In this document: in pieces, positions 48,498 to 58,515 of the stretch
How the letters are laid out: each line of letters opens with the position of its first letter
How positions within the stretch are numbered: position 1 is the stretch's first letter
From: Candidatus Pristimantibacillus lignocellulolyticus
Lineage (GTDB): Bacteria; Bacillota; Bacilli; Paenibacillales; Paenibacillaceae
Direction of reading: 5' to 3'
DNA: 64,000 bases
Assembly: GCA_023639215.1 (NCBI GenBank)
Contig: CP097899.1
Span: 4,136,933-4,200,932, forward strand
Translations under genes and position numbers: made by a program
Notes under the pieces: model-generated
Seen by the model: only the letters and a program-made list of their open reading frames with translations
Databases searched by the model: none
What the model was told of the DNA's origin: nothing

Positions 48498-49214
48498 TTT
48501 TGTAACTGTAATTGGATTAGTGGTTCCTGTTCCTTCTGGAGCAACCGCTCTCCCTGTGCTCGTAGAGATCATTCCCGAACATAGACCACGGTTCTTAAGG
48601 TTCTGTGAGATCTGCGGAATAGCTTGAAGCGTAGTTTGGTATTGGTCATGCATCAGAATTATGTCACCGTTTTGCAATTGACCAACGGCTGCTACGATCT
48701 GTGCAGTAGTAGCTCCATTCCAATCTTGGGAGTCAACATTCCACAATACTTCAGTAAGACCATTTTGTGCCTGTATGGACCTCAAAGTAGCATTGGTCTC
48801 ACCATAAGGCGGACGGAATAACTTCGGTGCAGCTCCTGTAGCTGCTTGGATTGCTTGTTGTGTCATTGTGATTTGTGAAGACATCTGAGAGCTGTTTAAC
48901 GTAGTCATATGGGGATGAGAATAGGAGTGATTTCCTACCCACATACCAGCAGCCACTTGAGCTTGCACTAATGATGGATTATTTTGGGCGTTTTGCCCAA
49001 GGTTAAACATTGTTGCTCGTAAACCAGCTTGATTCAATGCATTAAGCAGATTTGTCGTATTACTTGCATTGGGTCCATCATCAAATGTCAAACCTACATA
49101 ACCGTTTGGACAGTTTGCATCTGCAGCAATAGCATTAGGCATAAGTGAATTAGAAAATAACGTACCAAAAAGAGCAAACACTGTTAGTACTTTACTTAGT
49201 TTTGAGTTAAACAA
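48147..49214 (-). CDS. secreted CE4 deacetylase (acetyl xylan esterase-like) with C-terminal CBM36-like module
   Basis: Signal peptide; LTFDDGP, GNHSYSHPH, FRPPYG, ILMHD motifs; EAE...YIDY CBM. Confidence 0.85.
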   Translation of the reverse strand: MFNSKLSKVLTVFALFGTLFSNSLMPNAIAADANCPNGYVGLTFDDGPNASNTTNLLNALNQAGLRATMFNLGQNAQNNPSLVQAQVAAGMWVGNHSYSHPHMTTLNSSQMSSQITMTQQAIQAATGAAPKLFRPPYGETNATLRSIQAQNGLTEVLWNVDSQDWNGATTAQIVAAVGQLQNGDIILMHDQYQTTLQAIPQISQNLKNRGLCSGMISTSTGRAVAPEGTGTTNPITVTKKEAESMTKSGQYTGNISSPFTGVALYANNDSVKYTQNFTTGTHSFSLRGASNNSNMARVDLKIGGQLKGTFYYGGSNPAVYTINNVSHGTGNQEIELIVTADNGTWDAYIDYLEIQ

Positions 49215-49297
49215 AATAGGACCTCCTTAAATTTAATTGTAGGTAAACCCTACGAACAAATTCAACCTACTCAACATCGATTGTCGACTTCCAGTTA

Positions 49298-49648
49298 TTA
49301 CTGTATTTCTAAATAATCAATGTAAGCATCCCATGTTCCATTATCAGCTGTAACAATGAGTTCAATCTCTTGATTTCCAGTTCCATGACTGACATTATTT
49401 ATAGTATAGACTGCAGGATTACTTCCTCCGTAATAGAAGGTACCCTTCAACTGTCCACCGATCTTCAAGTCGACTCTAGCCATATTTGAGTTATTCGAAG
49501 CACCTCGAAGTGAAAAACTGTGGGTACCTGTCGTGAAATTTTGTGTGTATTTCACTGAATCATTGTTAGCGTATAAAGCAACCCCAGTGAACGGCGAACT
49601 AATATTACCTGTGTACTGCCCACTTTTCGTCATACTCTCCGCTTCTTT
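49298..49648 (-). repeat. copy 2 of the duplicated CBM36-like coding module
   Basis: Encodes the same 116 C-terminal residues as 48147-48497. Confidence 0.9.
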
Positions 49649-50398
49649 TATGATTCCTGTGCTTGGAGTAGGAGTTGGTGTAGGTGTTGGAGTAGTTCCG
49701 CCGCCGGAATTACCACCAATAGTAAGTGTATTTGTTGTTACATCAGCACTCCCGCTACTTTGATAGCCCTCTACCGTAAGTGCAACTTCATACATCTTAC
49801 CCATTGGCATCCCTAAGCTTTCCCACTTCTTAAAGTGTTCGCTGACAGATATTGTTCCATTTGAGCGTTTAGTTGTTCTTACACTCCAATATTGTTTGAA
49901 TGTTGCAGTACCTATAATTGAGGGTTGATTAGTTCTAGTAGTCTCATATATGTCATATGTCCCTCCGTCTATCGAAATGGAACCCTTTAGTGTGCCTGTT
50001 GGACGATATGTGCCCCAGTTGTCGACAATGTAATATTCTACTAGAGGGTCCTTTGTCCAACCATAAACACATAGATAAGAATTTCCGCCTGGATTGAATG
50101 TTGCATTGTAGTTTATTGATATGTTTCCAAGCTGTGCATGTGTTTTCGTCGAGTCGAACTTCTTGCCTTTACGGAATAACGCATTATTGATGTTACTCCA
50201 CTGGGCACTAAATGCTCCACCACTATTAAGTGTCATACTTGTTGTTCCAGAATCCTTCCATAGCTCATAGTCGTAGCCATCTTGGGTCCCAGTTTGATTG
50301 GAGTTAATCGTAGTTGCCGCCTGTACGATAACTGCGGGGATTGTAAGCGCTAAACAAAGTAAAAGTGTTAAAAATAACCTTATTCTTTTTTGTTTCAT
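49298..50398 (-). CDS. secreted GH11 endo-1,4-beta-xylanase with PT linker and CBM36-like module
   Basis: [18 protein letters not shown] and TVEGYQSSG catalytic Glu motifs; TPTPTP linker. Confidence 0.93.
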   Translation of the reverse strand: MKQKRIRLFLTLLLCLALTIPAVIVQAATTINSNQTGTQDGYDYELWKDSGTTSMTLNSGGAFSAQWSNINNALFRKGKKFDSTKTHAQLGNISINYNATFNPGGNSYLCVYGWTKDPLVEYYIVDNWGTYRPTGTLKGSISIDGGTYDIYETTRTNQPSIIGTATFKQYWSVRTTKRSNGTISVSEHFKKWESLGMPMGKMYEVALTVEGYQSSGSADVTTNTLTIGGNSGGGTTPTPTPTPTPSTGIIKEAESMTKSGQYTGNISSPFTGVALYANNDSVKYTQNFTTGTHSFSLRGASNNSNMARVDLKIGGQLKGTFYYGGSNPAVYTINNVSHGTGNQEIELIVTADNGTWDAYIDYLEIQ

Positions 50399-50495
50399 TT
50401 GGCTTTCCTCCTTTTAATTGAATTACAGCTAGTCACACCGTGATGCAGTGCATTTTTTAGTAGGACTGTGTTTACACTTCCTTTCGCAACAATTT

Positions 50496-50509
50496 TGAAA
50501 GCGATTACA
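50496..50509. promoter_or_regulatory. cre site (CcpA) upstream of the xylanase
   Basis: TGAAAGCGATTACA matches TGWAANCGNTNWCA. Confidence 0.75.
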
Positions 50510-50725
50510 TAATTAATTTAACAGATATCTTAATAATATTTAAGATGAAAGACTTTAGATAAAATTATAAAAAACTTATATAATTGGTTTAAAATGGAAG
50601 TTATAGTTCATTTGGGAAACCTGTTGCGTTATATCTTTCATTAGATAAAAAAATCGCACATAAGGACAGTCCCTACGTACGATTGATATTATAATTAATT
50701 GTAACAAAATGAAAGAATAAGGCAC

Positions 50726-51805
50726 TTAGGCATTTTCCCATTTCTGTTTGATGAACAGTTCATATACTTTAAGTACAATAATTTTGATGATCATATATAC
50801 AGGAATAATCAATAACATGCCTATGATGCCGGCCAGATCTCCTCCAATTAAGACGATTACGATCGTTGTTATTGGATGGATATCCAACTGTTTACCGAAA
50901 ATATAAGGCGCAATAAGATTATCTTGAATTTGCTGTGCTACGAGAATAATGACAAGAGACCAAATTGCGGTGGACGGCGATTCAATGAATCCGATGATTA
51001 GAATTGGAATAGCCGACAAGATAGCACCGATAAATGGAATAAAGTTCATAATAACAGCCACGACTGTAAGTAACAGTGCATAAGGTAGGCCAATAAAAAG
51101 AAAACCAATGTACATGAGAACTCCAAGTGCTAAATTGATCAGTACTCTGCCGACGATAAAATTACTAAGCGACTGATTAATATCTGTTACGACATCTGTG
51201 GCATCTGATTGAAATCTTTTCGGAGTCAATCTAACCAATTTATCTGAGAATCCACCGCTTTCTTTCAGCATGTAGAACAGAATAACAGGGAATATAAATA
51301 ATACAATTGCGACATTAGAAATAACTGAAAATAGTCCTGTTACATAATTCGTTAATAACGTAACCCCTTTATTCAAGTAATTGGTAATTTGTGTTAAAGG
51401 GCTAACATCTGATGGGAAAAAGTCTGCTAAAAATCCACTTTGCTCAATCTCTTTCAATTGTTCATTCAATGAGTTTAATAAGTTTGGAGCGTTGTTAAAC
51501 AAGTTCAACATTTGCGTACGGGCGGTTGGCCACACCCCAATAAAAAAACCAATCAATAGAAATGCTATAAACAAATAGATTAGTAGAATTGATAAACCTC
51601 GGTTAATTTTTTTCTTTTCCATCCAATTTACTATTGGAAGAAGCAAATAATAGAAAAAAACAGATAACATTAATGGAATCGTTATGTTGGTTACCAACGA
51701 TAAAATCGGTTTAAATACAAAATCAACAAGCGTACCAACATACACGATTGCCAATATCATAAATACAGCAAGACATAATTTAATAAAATGATTAAGCTTT
51801 AACAA
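50726..51805 (-). CDS. AI-2E (PerM) family transporter
   Basis: NFIPFIGAI, QQIQDNLIAPYIFG..L.IHP motifs. Confidence 0.9.
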   Translation of the reverse strand: MLKLNHFIKLCLAVFMILAIVYVGTLVDFVFKPILSLVTNITIPLMLSVFFYYLLLPIVNWMEKKKINRGLSILLIYLFIAFLLIGFFIGVWPTARTQMLNLFNNAPNLLNSLNEQLKEIEQSGFLADFFPSDVSPLTQITNYLNKGVTLLTNYVTGLFSVISNVAIVLFIFPVILFYMLKESGGFSDKLVRLTPKRFQSDATDVVTDINQSLSNFIVGRVLINLALGVLMYIGFLFIGLPYALLLTVVAVIMNFIPFIGAILSAIPILIIGFIESPSTAIWSLVIILVAQQIQDNLIAPYIFGKQLDIHPITTIVIVLIGGDLAGIIGMLLIIPVYMIIKIIVLKVYELFIKQKWENA

Positions 51806-51920
51806 AAAAATTCAACCCCTTATGTGTAACTCGTTACAAAGTAAAATAAAAAAGCATTATATTTTAAGATACAACAATAATGGGCCAGAAGCAAATAGTG
51901 GAAAGAACTATTAACACAAA

Positions 51921-51952
51921 GAAACTGTCAAACTCTAAAGAGTTGACAGTTT
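51921..51952. terminator. terminator closing the NRPS operon
   Basis: gaaactgtcaa / ttgacagtttc inverted repeat downstream of sfp. Confidence 0.6.
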
Positions 51953-51968
51953 CCTCATACATAAAAAT

Positions 51969-52730
51969 TTAATTGAGTTGCGAAGCATCAAGCTCAATCA
52001 ATGCATGGCAATTCCTCGATGTTGTGCAGGTCGTAAGCATATAGTCTGGATCCAACTGGACCTGGTGCAATTTCCAGTTACTTTCCAATTCCCCCGATTC
52101 TACCACCGATTGTATACAGAAAACTTGATCATTCTCGCCGCTCCCTTTAAGTCCAGTTCCAACAGCGATAGGAAAATTGCTAACATTGAGAGCAGTTTTA
52201 ACAACACTGAACGAGTTCAACGGTATGGCCAATCCCTTGCCTAAAGCTTTGATGTAGCTTTCTTTGGCCGTCCAGATCATATTAAACATCCGATCGCGCT
52301 CATGTTCAGGGAGATTAATTAATGTTTCATATTCGGTGCTGGTGAACATAGACTGTGCCAGCTGCAGATCCGCCTTGACCATCTTCTCAATATCGATACC
52401 GATTGCCTCTGAGTGGAAAACTGCCACTGTCCATACACCAGAATGTGAGACATTAAATTGTACTTCATTGCCAAGTAAGATTGGCTTACCGTATTCGTTT
52501 TGAGTAAATATCATCTGATGAACTGGTAATTTGTATTTCTCGCGCAGTACATAATTCACTATCATGTTTCCAGAAAGTGATCGCCATTGATCCTCCCAAT
52601 GCCGAAAACGTGCTACCCGCATTGCTCGTGCAACTGGCACAAGCGCAGACCAGCGCTCAATTCTTTCAAGATTTACTTGAACCGAACAATTATCCATTCG
52701 CACAGCATAAATAGTTGGAACAGACATCAT
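51969..52730 (-). CDS. sfp: Sfp-type 4'-phosphopantetheinyl transferase
   Basis: NEYGKP, FNVSHSG, IGIDIE, WTAKESYIKALGKGL; 4-bp overlap with mbtH. Confidence 0.9.
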   Translation of the reverse strand: MMSVPTIYAVRMDNCSVQVNLERIERWSALVPVARAMRVARFRHWEDQWRSLSGNMIVNYVLREKYKLPVHQMIFTQNEYGKPILLGNEVQFNVSHSGVWTVAVFHSEAIGIDIEKMVKADLQLAQSMFTSTEYETLINLPEHERDRMFNMIWTAKESYIKALGKGLAIPLNSFSVVKTALNVSNFPIAVGTGLKGSGENDQVFCIQSVVESGELESNWKLHQVQLDPDYMLTTCTTSRNCHALIELDASQLN

Positions 52731-52921
52731 ACTTGTCGCAAGCTTAGCGGTGTCAAGTCACACCAGACTTCATTCACGAAAGTCAGGCATTCTGCTTTAG
52801 TACCACTCTTCCCAGCATTACTCCAGCCAGATGGATTATGAAGGTGCAATGGCCATAAAGCGTATTGCTCCTCTGCATTGACAACTACTTTATAGCTGTC
52901 ATCTAGAATTTTGTTCTCCAT
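52727..52921 (-). CDS. mbtH: MbtH-like protein
   Basis: VVVNAEEQYALWP.....PSGW.......K.ECL..V...W.D..PLSL; three conserved Trp. Confidence 0.92.
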   Translation of the reverse strand: MENKILDDSYKVVVNAEEQYALWPLHLHNPSGWSNAGKSGTKAECLTFVNEVWCDLTPLSLRQV

Positions 52922-52947
52922 TTAAAGTATCCTCCCTTATTCATTAA

Positions 52948-55900
52948 TTAGATCCCTGCACCAATTTGGCGATCTGCAAGTTGCTGTAATTGATCTTTAT
53001 TTCGAATAATCACGGCATCAGGCACAGCATCAGGTAAAATTGTCTCCATATAGCGCAATTGTCGATATTTCATACCGAGTAATCCCCAGATGAACAGGAT
53101 GACACCGATCGAAGTGATTAATAGCCCAATGCCCATCCCATCTCCAGTTCCGAATAGTCCTGTGTCCTTAGTTCCTGCTGGCAACGCGGAAGCAAGTGGA
53201 ACGAAAACAGACGCTACAAGTGGTCCTGCAAGAAGGAAACTAAGTGGACGCATGCTGAAAGCCATAACTTGATTCGTTGCCAATACTCGACCTTGTAATT
53301 CAAGTCCTACCTTCGTTTGAATTAATGCAAGCCAGTGCGTATTAATAAGTGCAAGTGCTAGACCAAAGCCGAATAATCCGATGGCTGCAGTCACAAGTGA
53401 AGGATAGATACCTGCAATTGCAATCGATGCACCAGTCAACATAACGAACCCGACCATCCCATCCGCTCTACGGTCAAATCCGCCCCATACTGACATAAGT
53501 ATCGAGCCGATTAATAGTCCTGCACCTTCGAAGGCAATTACAATACCAACTTTGTCAGCGGTCATGAATTGTAGAAGGAACGGTGTCGTTAGTACGTTAT
53601 ATAAGCTCATGAAGAAATTGACAACAATGAAAAACACGACCATTGCGATCAAGCTCTTCCTTTGCATAATATATTTCCAACCTCCAATGATTTCTCTGCT
53701 CATTGGTTCCTCGCGCTTTTTGAACATCAAGTTCGGGAATCGGATCAGCGAGAGAATGACAATTGACAGACTTAATAGTACGAGATCGATAATGACAATT
53801 CTTTGTAGCCCGATCAATACGACTAGAGCTCCTCCAAGTGCAGGCGCCATAATTCCGTTCAAGGACATAACGAGTTGTCCTAATCCGTTCGCGTGTCCCA
53901 AGTACCTCTTTGGTACGAGTTGCGCTGTTGCGGCTTGGTAGGCAGGCATCGTGAAAGCTCCAGCGATTGATCCTATACCTGCAGCTACGTAGATCGCCCA
54001 CAGTGATAATGCGTCCATATAGAACATAGTCGCGATGAAGATACACGAGCATAATGCTAATAACTGACCTACCAACATCACCTTTCGTCTATCATAGCGG
54101 TCCACAACTGCACCTGCGAGAGGTAGCAGCAACAATGTGGGAAGTATTGCATACAGCGATATCGTCGCATAATCTGAAATCGATCCGGAACGTTCGTAAA
54201 CCCATATTCCTAAGGCGAATCCGGTCAATGACGTACCTATTGTGGAAATAATCAAGCACAATGTAACTAATAAAAACGTTTTTATGCTGGGTTTAACGTC
54301 CTTCTGCAACTGCTTCCTTATTTTTACGTGCTCAGTGACTGATGTTGTCTGAGATTCGTTGTTCAAAGAAAAACGTTTTTTTTCTAATTCGTTATCATCA
54401 TCCCACTGACGAATCTGCTGTGATATAATTTTTACGACATGATCTGATTGATGTTTATGAAAATAATGGCCAGCCTGTTCAACGATATGCAATCTCACAT
54501 CATCACTGAAATCCTGCCACTCCAAGTAACGTTCCTCGTAGAACTCAGTCATTCGATCGGCACCGCCGACAATACAAGATACTGGAGCTTTCAGTTTTGG
54601 TTGCTCTGGTAGAGCGTACAAAGCTGTGTAATAATCCTCCGCTTCTCGTACATCATGCCGCAAGTTACGCAGCACGAATTTCTGCTCTTCCGGGGATATT
54701 TCGTCATCGAAACCACCAAAGGCACGGAGCATGTCGCGTGCGAATTTATCGGACGTCCATTTCTCCTGTGGGAATAATCTATGCCACCATTCCGTAAATC
54801 TGAATGGTAGTCTTGTTCCAGGGAAGGTGCCTGCCATAAAGACTCCACTTACCTCTACATTCGCTTCCTGTAGCAAAAGCGCGGTACGAAGTACCATTGC
54901 CCCGCCTAAGCAATGTCCATACAGATAAACTTCACCTTTAACTTTGTTAATGATTTCTTCTGCAATCCGAGCTGAGGTTTCCTCGAGCGACATTAGCAAT
55001 TGACCATCTCTACTGTAATCATGCCCGGGTAGTTCGACGGCAAACAAAGAATAGTTAGGTGGCAACCCTTTAGCCATCGGCTGGAATGTAATCGCGCTAC
55101 CCCCACCGTACGGTACGCATACTAATGTAATAGCTTTGCCTCCGATATTGGATGCCTTCTTAAATTCAATTAGTAAATCATCACTACGCGTGGCTCCTGA
55201 TGAGAGATGCTCTGCTAATTCACGAATTGTCGGATACTGAAAGAGATCCATCACGCTGAATGAATTGCCCATCTTACGTACAACTTTAATCGCCTTGAAC
55301 GAATCACCACCAAGATCAAAAAATTCGTCGGTGACTCCAACCTTATCTAGACCTAGTATCTCACCCCATACTGCAGCAATTTGATGCTCTTCTTTGGTCT
55401 CGGGTGGAATAAATCCGGCATCACCTGCTCGATTTTCGACACTAGGTGCAGGTAACTTAGTACGATCAAGCTTACCGTTTTCGTTAAGCGGTAGCCGTTC
55501 GATCTCGACGAAGGCCGAAGGTAACATATAGTCTGGTAAAATGTTTTTAATATGCTTTCTTATTGCACTTACATCGATCTTAGTTCCAAGCATATCTTGC
55601 TCTTGACTACCATGTGTCAAGTTGTGCTCCCGCACTAGATAGGCAATCAATCGTTTGTCTCCGGGTTCATCTTCACGTATTATTACGACCGCATCGCGTA
55701 TTCCTTCGAACTGCAGGAGGACTTGCTCTATTTCGCCTGTTTCGACACGATAACCTCGAATCTTGACCTGTTGATCCATCCGTCCAATAAATTGAATTGT
55801 TCCGTTTGGCAAATGGCGAACGAGATCACCTGTACGATACATTCTTGAGCCCGGTCGGACTGAAAATGGATTAGGTATAAATCGTTCTGCAGTTAGATCT

Positions 55901-58515
55901 GGCTTACCATAGTAGCCGCGTGTGACTGCGCTACCGCCGATATACAATTCGCCAATGGAACCAGCAGGAACCGGTTGAAGATAAGCGTTAAGCACATACG
56001 CAGGTGCGTTCGGTATAGGACGACCAAGCGGAAGAATCGCTTGATGATCGTTCTCTTTTGCATCAACAGGAACTTCATAAGCTAGCACGGAAACCGTCGT
56101 TTCTGTAGGGCCATAATGATTCTGGATTCTGCAACTAGGATGAAGTCGTCGAATGTCTGCAATTGTTCCCCAATGTGAGGCTTCACCTGCTAGAATTAAA
56201 CATTCGCGAGGTATGATAACGCTCGGATTAGATACGCCTAGAAGTAACTCCATATGACTTGGAACGATCTTCATGACGTCAATCGGATACAACTCGCAAT
56301 ATGCCGCGAAAGCATCGGGATCAGCAGCACGTTCATACGGGATGACATGCAGTGTTCCTCCTGTTGCAAATGCTCCCCAAATCATTGGCGTTCCGAGGTC
56401 GGCAGCAAGCGTGCTGACGATGGCGAAACTCAACTCTTGTTTTAACTTCATACGCTCCATTATGCCATCCAAATAATTGGCATAATTGCTATGCTCAACT
56501 GCTACGCCCTTTGGTTTGCCCGTTGATCCTGAGGTAAACAATACATACATTAGATCTTCCGGTTTCGAGACAACTTCTGGATTACTTGCATCTTCTCTAG
56601 CGATCGCATCCCAGTCCTTGTCGAGTGAAACGGTGCGTAACGATGAAGAATCCGTACTGTCGAATAGTGGCTGTTGATCAGTTATAGAGCTTTCGGTTAC
56701 GATAACCGATACTTCAGCTTCCTGAGCAATCAATCTTAATCTTTCTACTGGTAACTTAGGATCAAGTGGAACATAAGCGCCACCTGCCTTTAAGATGCCG
56801 AGCAAGCCAACGATAATATCGACTGAGCGCTCCATATAAAGACCTACTGTTTGATTAGGTATAACCTTTATTCCTCGCAAATAATGTGCTAGACGATTCG
56901 CCCTTTCATTCAGTTCCAGATAAGTCAGACTAACCCCTTCAGAGCATACGGCTAATGTCATAGGTGTAAGGATTGCTTGTCGCTCAACATTGAGGTGCGG
57001 AAATTGGAACTCCGCCATAGAAGTCTCGACAACATTCCAATCGACGAGAGTTTTTCTTAATTGTTCGCTCGAAAGTGATGCAATTTCATATAAGGGTAAT
57101 TTTGAATTGTTTAATATACGCTCTAAAATATTATTGTACTGGTCTGCCAATTGCTGAATGGTTGACTCGCGGAACAGGTCTACCCTGTACGTCAACGTAA
57201 CATCCATACCTAATTTTTGATTCTCGAATACTGTCATCGTCAGATCCAGCATGCCTCCACGTTTGCCATCGCCCACGAAAGGTACAATTTGGAGTTCAGG
57301 TAGATTAATCATAGACTGACCAATTCTCTCGAACAAAAACATCGTATCGAAGAAAAGTGAATGACCAATTACACGTTCCGGATTCATCTCTTCGACAAGC
57401 CGGTCGAACGGCAAATCCTGATTATCGTTTGCTTCGAGCACTGTGTCTCGGACTTTTGCAATAAAGTCGCTAAAGGTACCACCCATGTCGATTTCGGAAC
57501 GCAGCGCAACTGTGTTGGCAAAGAAACCAACTAGCTTCTCTATTTCCTGCTTACCTCGATTCGCCATAGGCGTCCCAATGACAATTTCTTGCTTGCCATT
57601 ATAGCTCGCTAGAAGTACTTTATAAGCAGCTAGTAAAAGGACGAACGAGGTGCAACCGAGCTGTTTACTCGTTTCACGGATACGCTGTGAGAATGAAGGA
57701 TCGAGAGTCAAGCTGTAGAAACCGGCTTTGCGTTCACTTTGAATAGCGGGGCGCGGATAATCTGTTGGAAGATCAAGTGTTGCTGGTGCTGGTGTCAGTT
57801 TCTTCTTCCAGTAATCGAGCTGATCTTCGTATTCTGATCCTGTCATCCATTGCCTCTGCCAAACGGCAAAGTCCGGATATTGAATCGGTAGTTCTGGTAG
57901 AGACAATGGCTCATCTAGCGTGATAGAGCGATAGATCGTGGCAAGTTCTACGTCGAACACTTCGGCTGACCATCCGTCATAGATTAAGTGATGTGTCATC
58001 CAGACTAGGATATGCATTTCCGAATCAAGACGGAAAAGCATCGCTTTCACAAGCGGACCATTCAGAAAATCATAAGGTGCCGTTGATTCTTTGTCGATGA
58101 GCTCATAAACTTTATTTTCATCTTTCAACTCAATTATAGGTAGGTCGATTATCATCTGAGGACGAATCATCTGCACGTAATCATCGTTCTCGTAAGCAAT
58201 GACAGCACGCATAATTTCATGGCGCTTAATTATCTCGTTCAATGTTCTATGCAGAGCTGGAATGTTAAGTTCACCAATCAGTTTATAGCCGTTAGCAAAG
58301 TTATATCTCGATGTTCCAGGCATATACTCTTCGAAAAACATAATTCGCTGCTGTGGAAACGATAATGGGAACTTGTTCTCACCAGCTGGCCTTTGCTGTT
58401 TCGGAATAATAGCGGATTCTGCAGCAGCTTTTGCCTTCTGCTGCCTAGCCTTCATCGCAAGGAGAGCTCGGCGTTCAGGTGACAATTGTTCGAGTCGGTC
58501 AATTGTTTTAGTCAT
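52948..58515 (-). CDS. NRPS C-A-PCP-TE fused to a C-terminal DHA3-type MFS exporter (1855 aa)
   Basis: HHLIYDG C domain (H175), TSGSTGKPKG and YGPTE A domain, LGGDS PCP (S1072), GHCLG TE (C1202), then about 430 aa multi-TM MFS with GAVVDRYDRRKV motif; one open frame in the ORF track. Confidence 0.9.
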   Translation of the reverse strand: MTKTIDRLEQLSPERRALLAMKARQQKAKAAAESAIIPKQQRPAGENKFPLSFPQQRIMFFEEYMPGTSRYNFANGYKLIGELNIPALHRTLNEIIKRHEIMRAVIAYENDDYVQMIRPQMIIDLPIIELKDENKVYELIDKESTAPYDFLNGPLVKAMLFRLDSEMHILVWMTHHLIYDGWSAEVFDVELATIYRSITLDEPLSLPELPIQYPDFAVWQRQWMTGSEYEDQLDYWKKKLTPAPATLDLPTDYPRPAIQSERKAGFYSLTLDPSFSQRIRETSKQLGCTSFVLLLAAYKVLLASYNGKQEIVIGTPMANRGKQEIEKLVGFFANTVALRSEIDMGGTFSDFIAKVRDTVLEANDNQDLPFDRLVEEMNPERVIGHSLFFDTMFLFERIGQSMINLPELQIVPFVGDGKRGGMLDLTMTVFENQKLGMDVTLTYRVDLFRESTIQQLADQYNNILERILNNSKLPLYEIASLSSEQLRKTLVDWNVVETSMAEFQFPHLNVERQAILTPMTLAVCSEGVSLTYLELNERANRLAHYLRGIKVIPNQTVGLYMERSVDIIVGLLGILKAGGAYVPLDPKLPVERLRLIAQEAEVSVIVTESSITDQQPLFDSTDSSSLRTVSLDKDWDAIAREDASNPEVVSKPEDLMYVLFTSGSTGKPKGVAVEHSNYANYLDGIMERMKLKQELSFAIVSTLAADLGTPMIWGAFATGGTLHVIPYERAADPDAFAAYCELYPIDVMKIVPSHMELLLGVSNPSVIIPRECLILAGEASHWGTIADIRRLHPSCRIQNHYGPTETTVSVLAYEVPVDAKENDHQAILPLGRPIPNAPAYVLNAYLQPVPAGSIGELYIGGSAVTRGYYGKPDLTAERFIPNPFSVRPGSRMYRTGDLVRHLPNGTIQFIGRMDQQVKIRGYRVETGEIEQVLLQFEGIRDAVVIIREDEPGDKRLIAYLVREHNLTHGSQEQDMLGTKIDVSAIRKHIKNILPDYMLPSAFVEIERLPLNENGKLDRTKLPAPSVENRAGDAGFIPPETKEEHQIAAVWGEILGLDKVGVTDEFFDLGGDSFKAIKVVRKMGNSFSVMDLFQYPTIRELAEHLSSGATRSDDLLIEFKKASNIGGKAITLVCVPYGGGSAITFQPMAKGLPPNYSLFAVELPGHDYSRDGQLLMSLEETSARIAEEIINKVKGEVYLYGHCLGGAMVLRTALLLQEANVEVSGVFMAGTFPGTRLPFRFTEWWHRLFPQEKWTSDKFARDMLRAFGGFDDEISPEEQKFVLRNLRHDVREAEDYYTALYALPEQPKLKAPVSCIVGGADRMTEFYEERYLEWQDFSDDVRLHIVEQAGHYFHKHQSDHVVKIISQQIRQWDDDNELEKKRFSLNNESQTTSVTEHVKIRKQLQKDVKPSIKTFLLVTLCLIISTIGTSLTGFALGIWVYERSGSISDYATISLYAILPTLLLLPLAGAVVDRYDRRKVMLVGQLLALCSCIFIATMFYMDALSLWAIYVAAGIGSIAGAFTMPAYQAATAQLVPKRYLGHANGLGQLVMSLNGIMAPALGGALVVLIGLQRIVIIDLVLLSLSIVILSLIRFPNLMFKKREEPMSREIIGGWKYIMQRKSLIAMVVFFIVVNFFMSLYNVLTTPFLLQFMTADKVGIVIAFEGAGLLIGSILMSVWGGFDRRADGMVGFVMLTGASIAIAGIYPSLVTAAIGLFGFGLALALINTHWLALIQTKVGLELQGRVLATNQVMAFSMRPLSFLLAGPLVASVFVPLASALPAGTKDTGLFGTGDGMGIGLLITSIGVILFIWGLLGMKYRQLRYMETILPDAVPDAVIIRNKDQLQQLADRQIGAGI

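Noticed and set aside
49660-49700. Repetitive GGAGTAGGAGTTGGTGTAGGTGTTGG stretch
   Set aside because: Encodes the PT linker of the xylanase, an ordinary modular-enzyme linker
50726-51805. AI-2E transporter as part of the NRPS cluster
   Set aside because: Separated from sfp by a terminator and AT-rich spacer, and the NRPS already carries its own exporter
53090-56677. Numerous 60-150 aa ORFs within the NRPS
   Set aside because: Alternate-frame or antisense ORFs expected in GC-richer coding DNA; none has domain signatures
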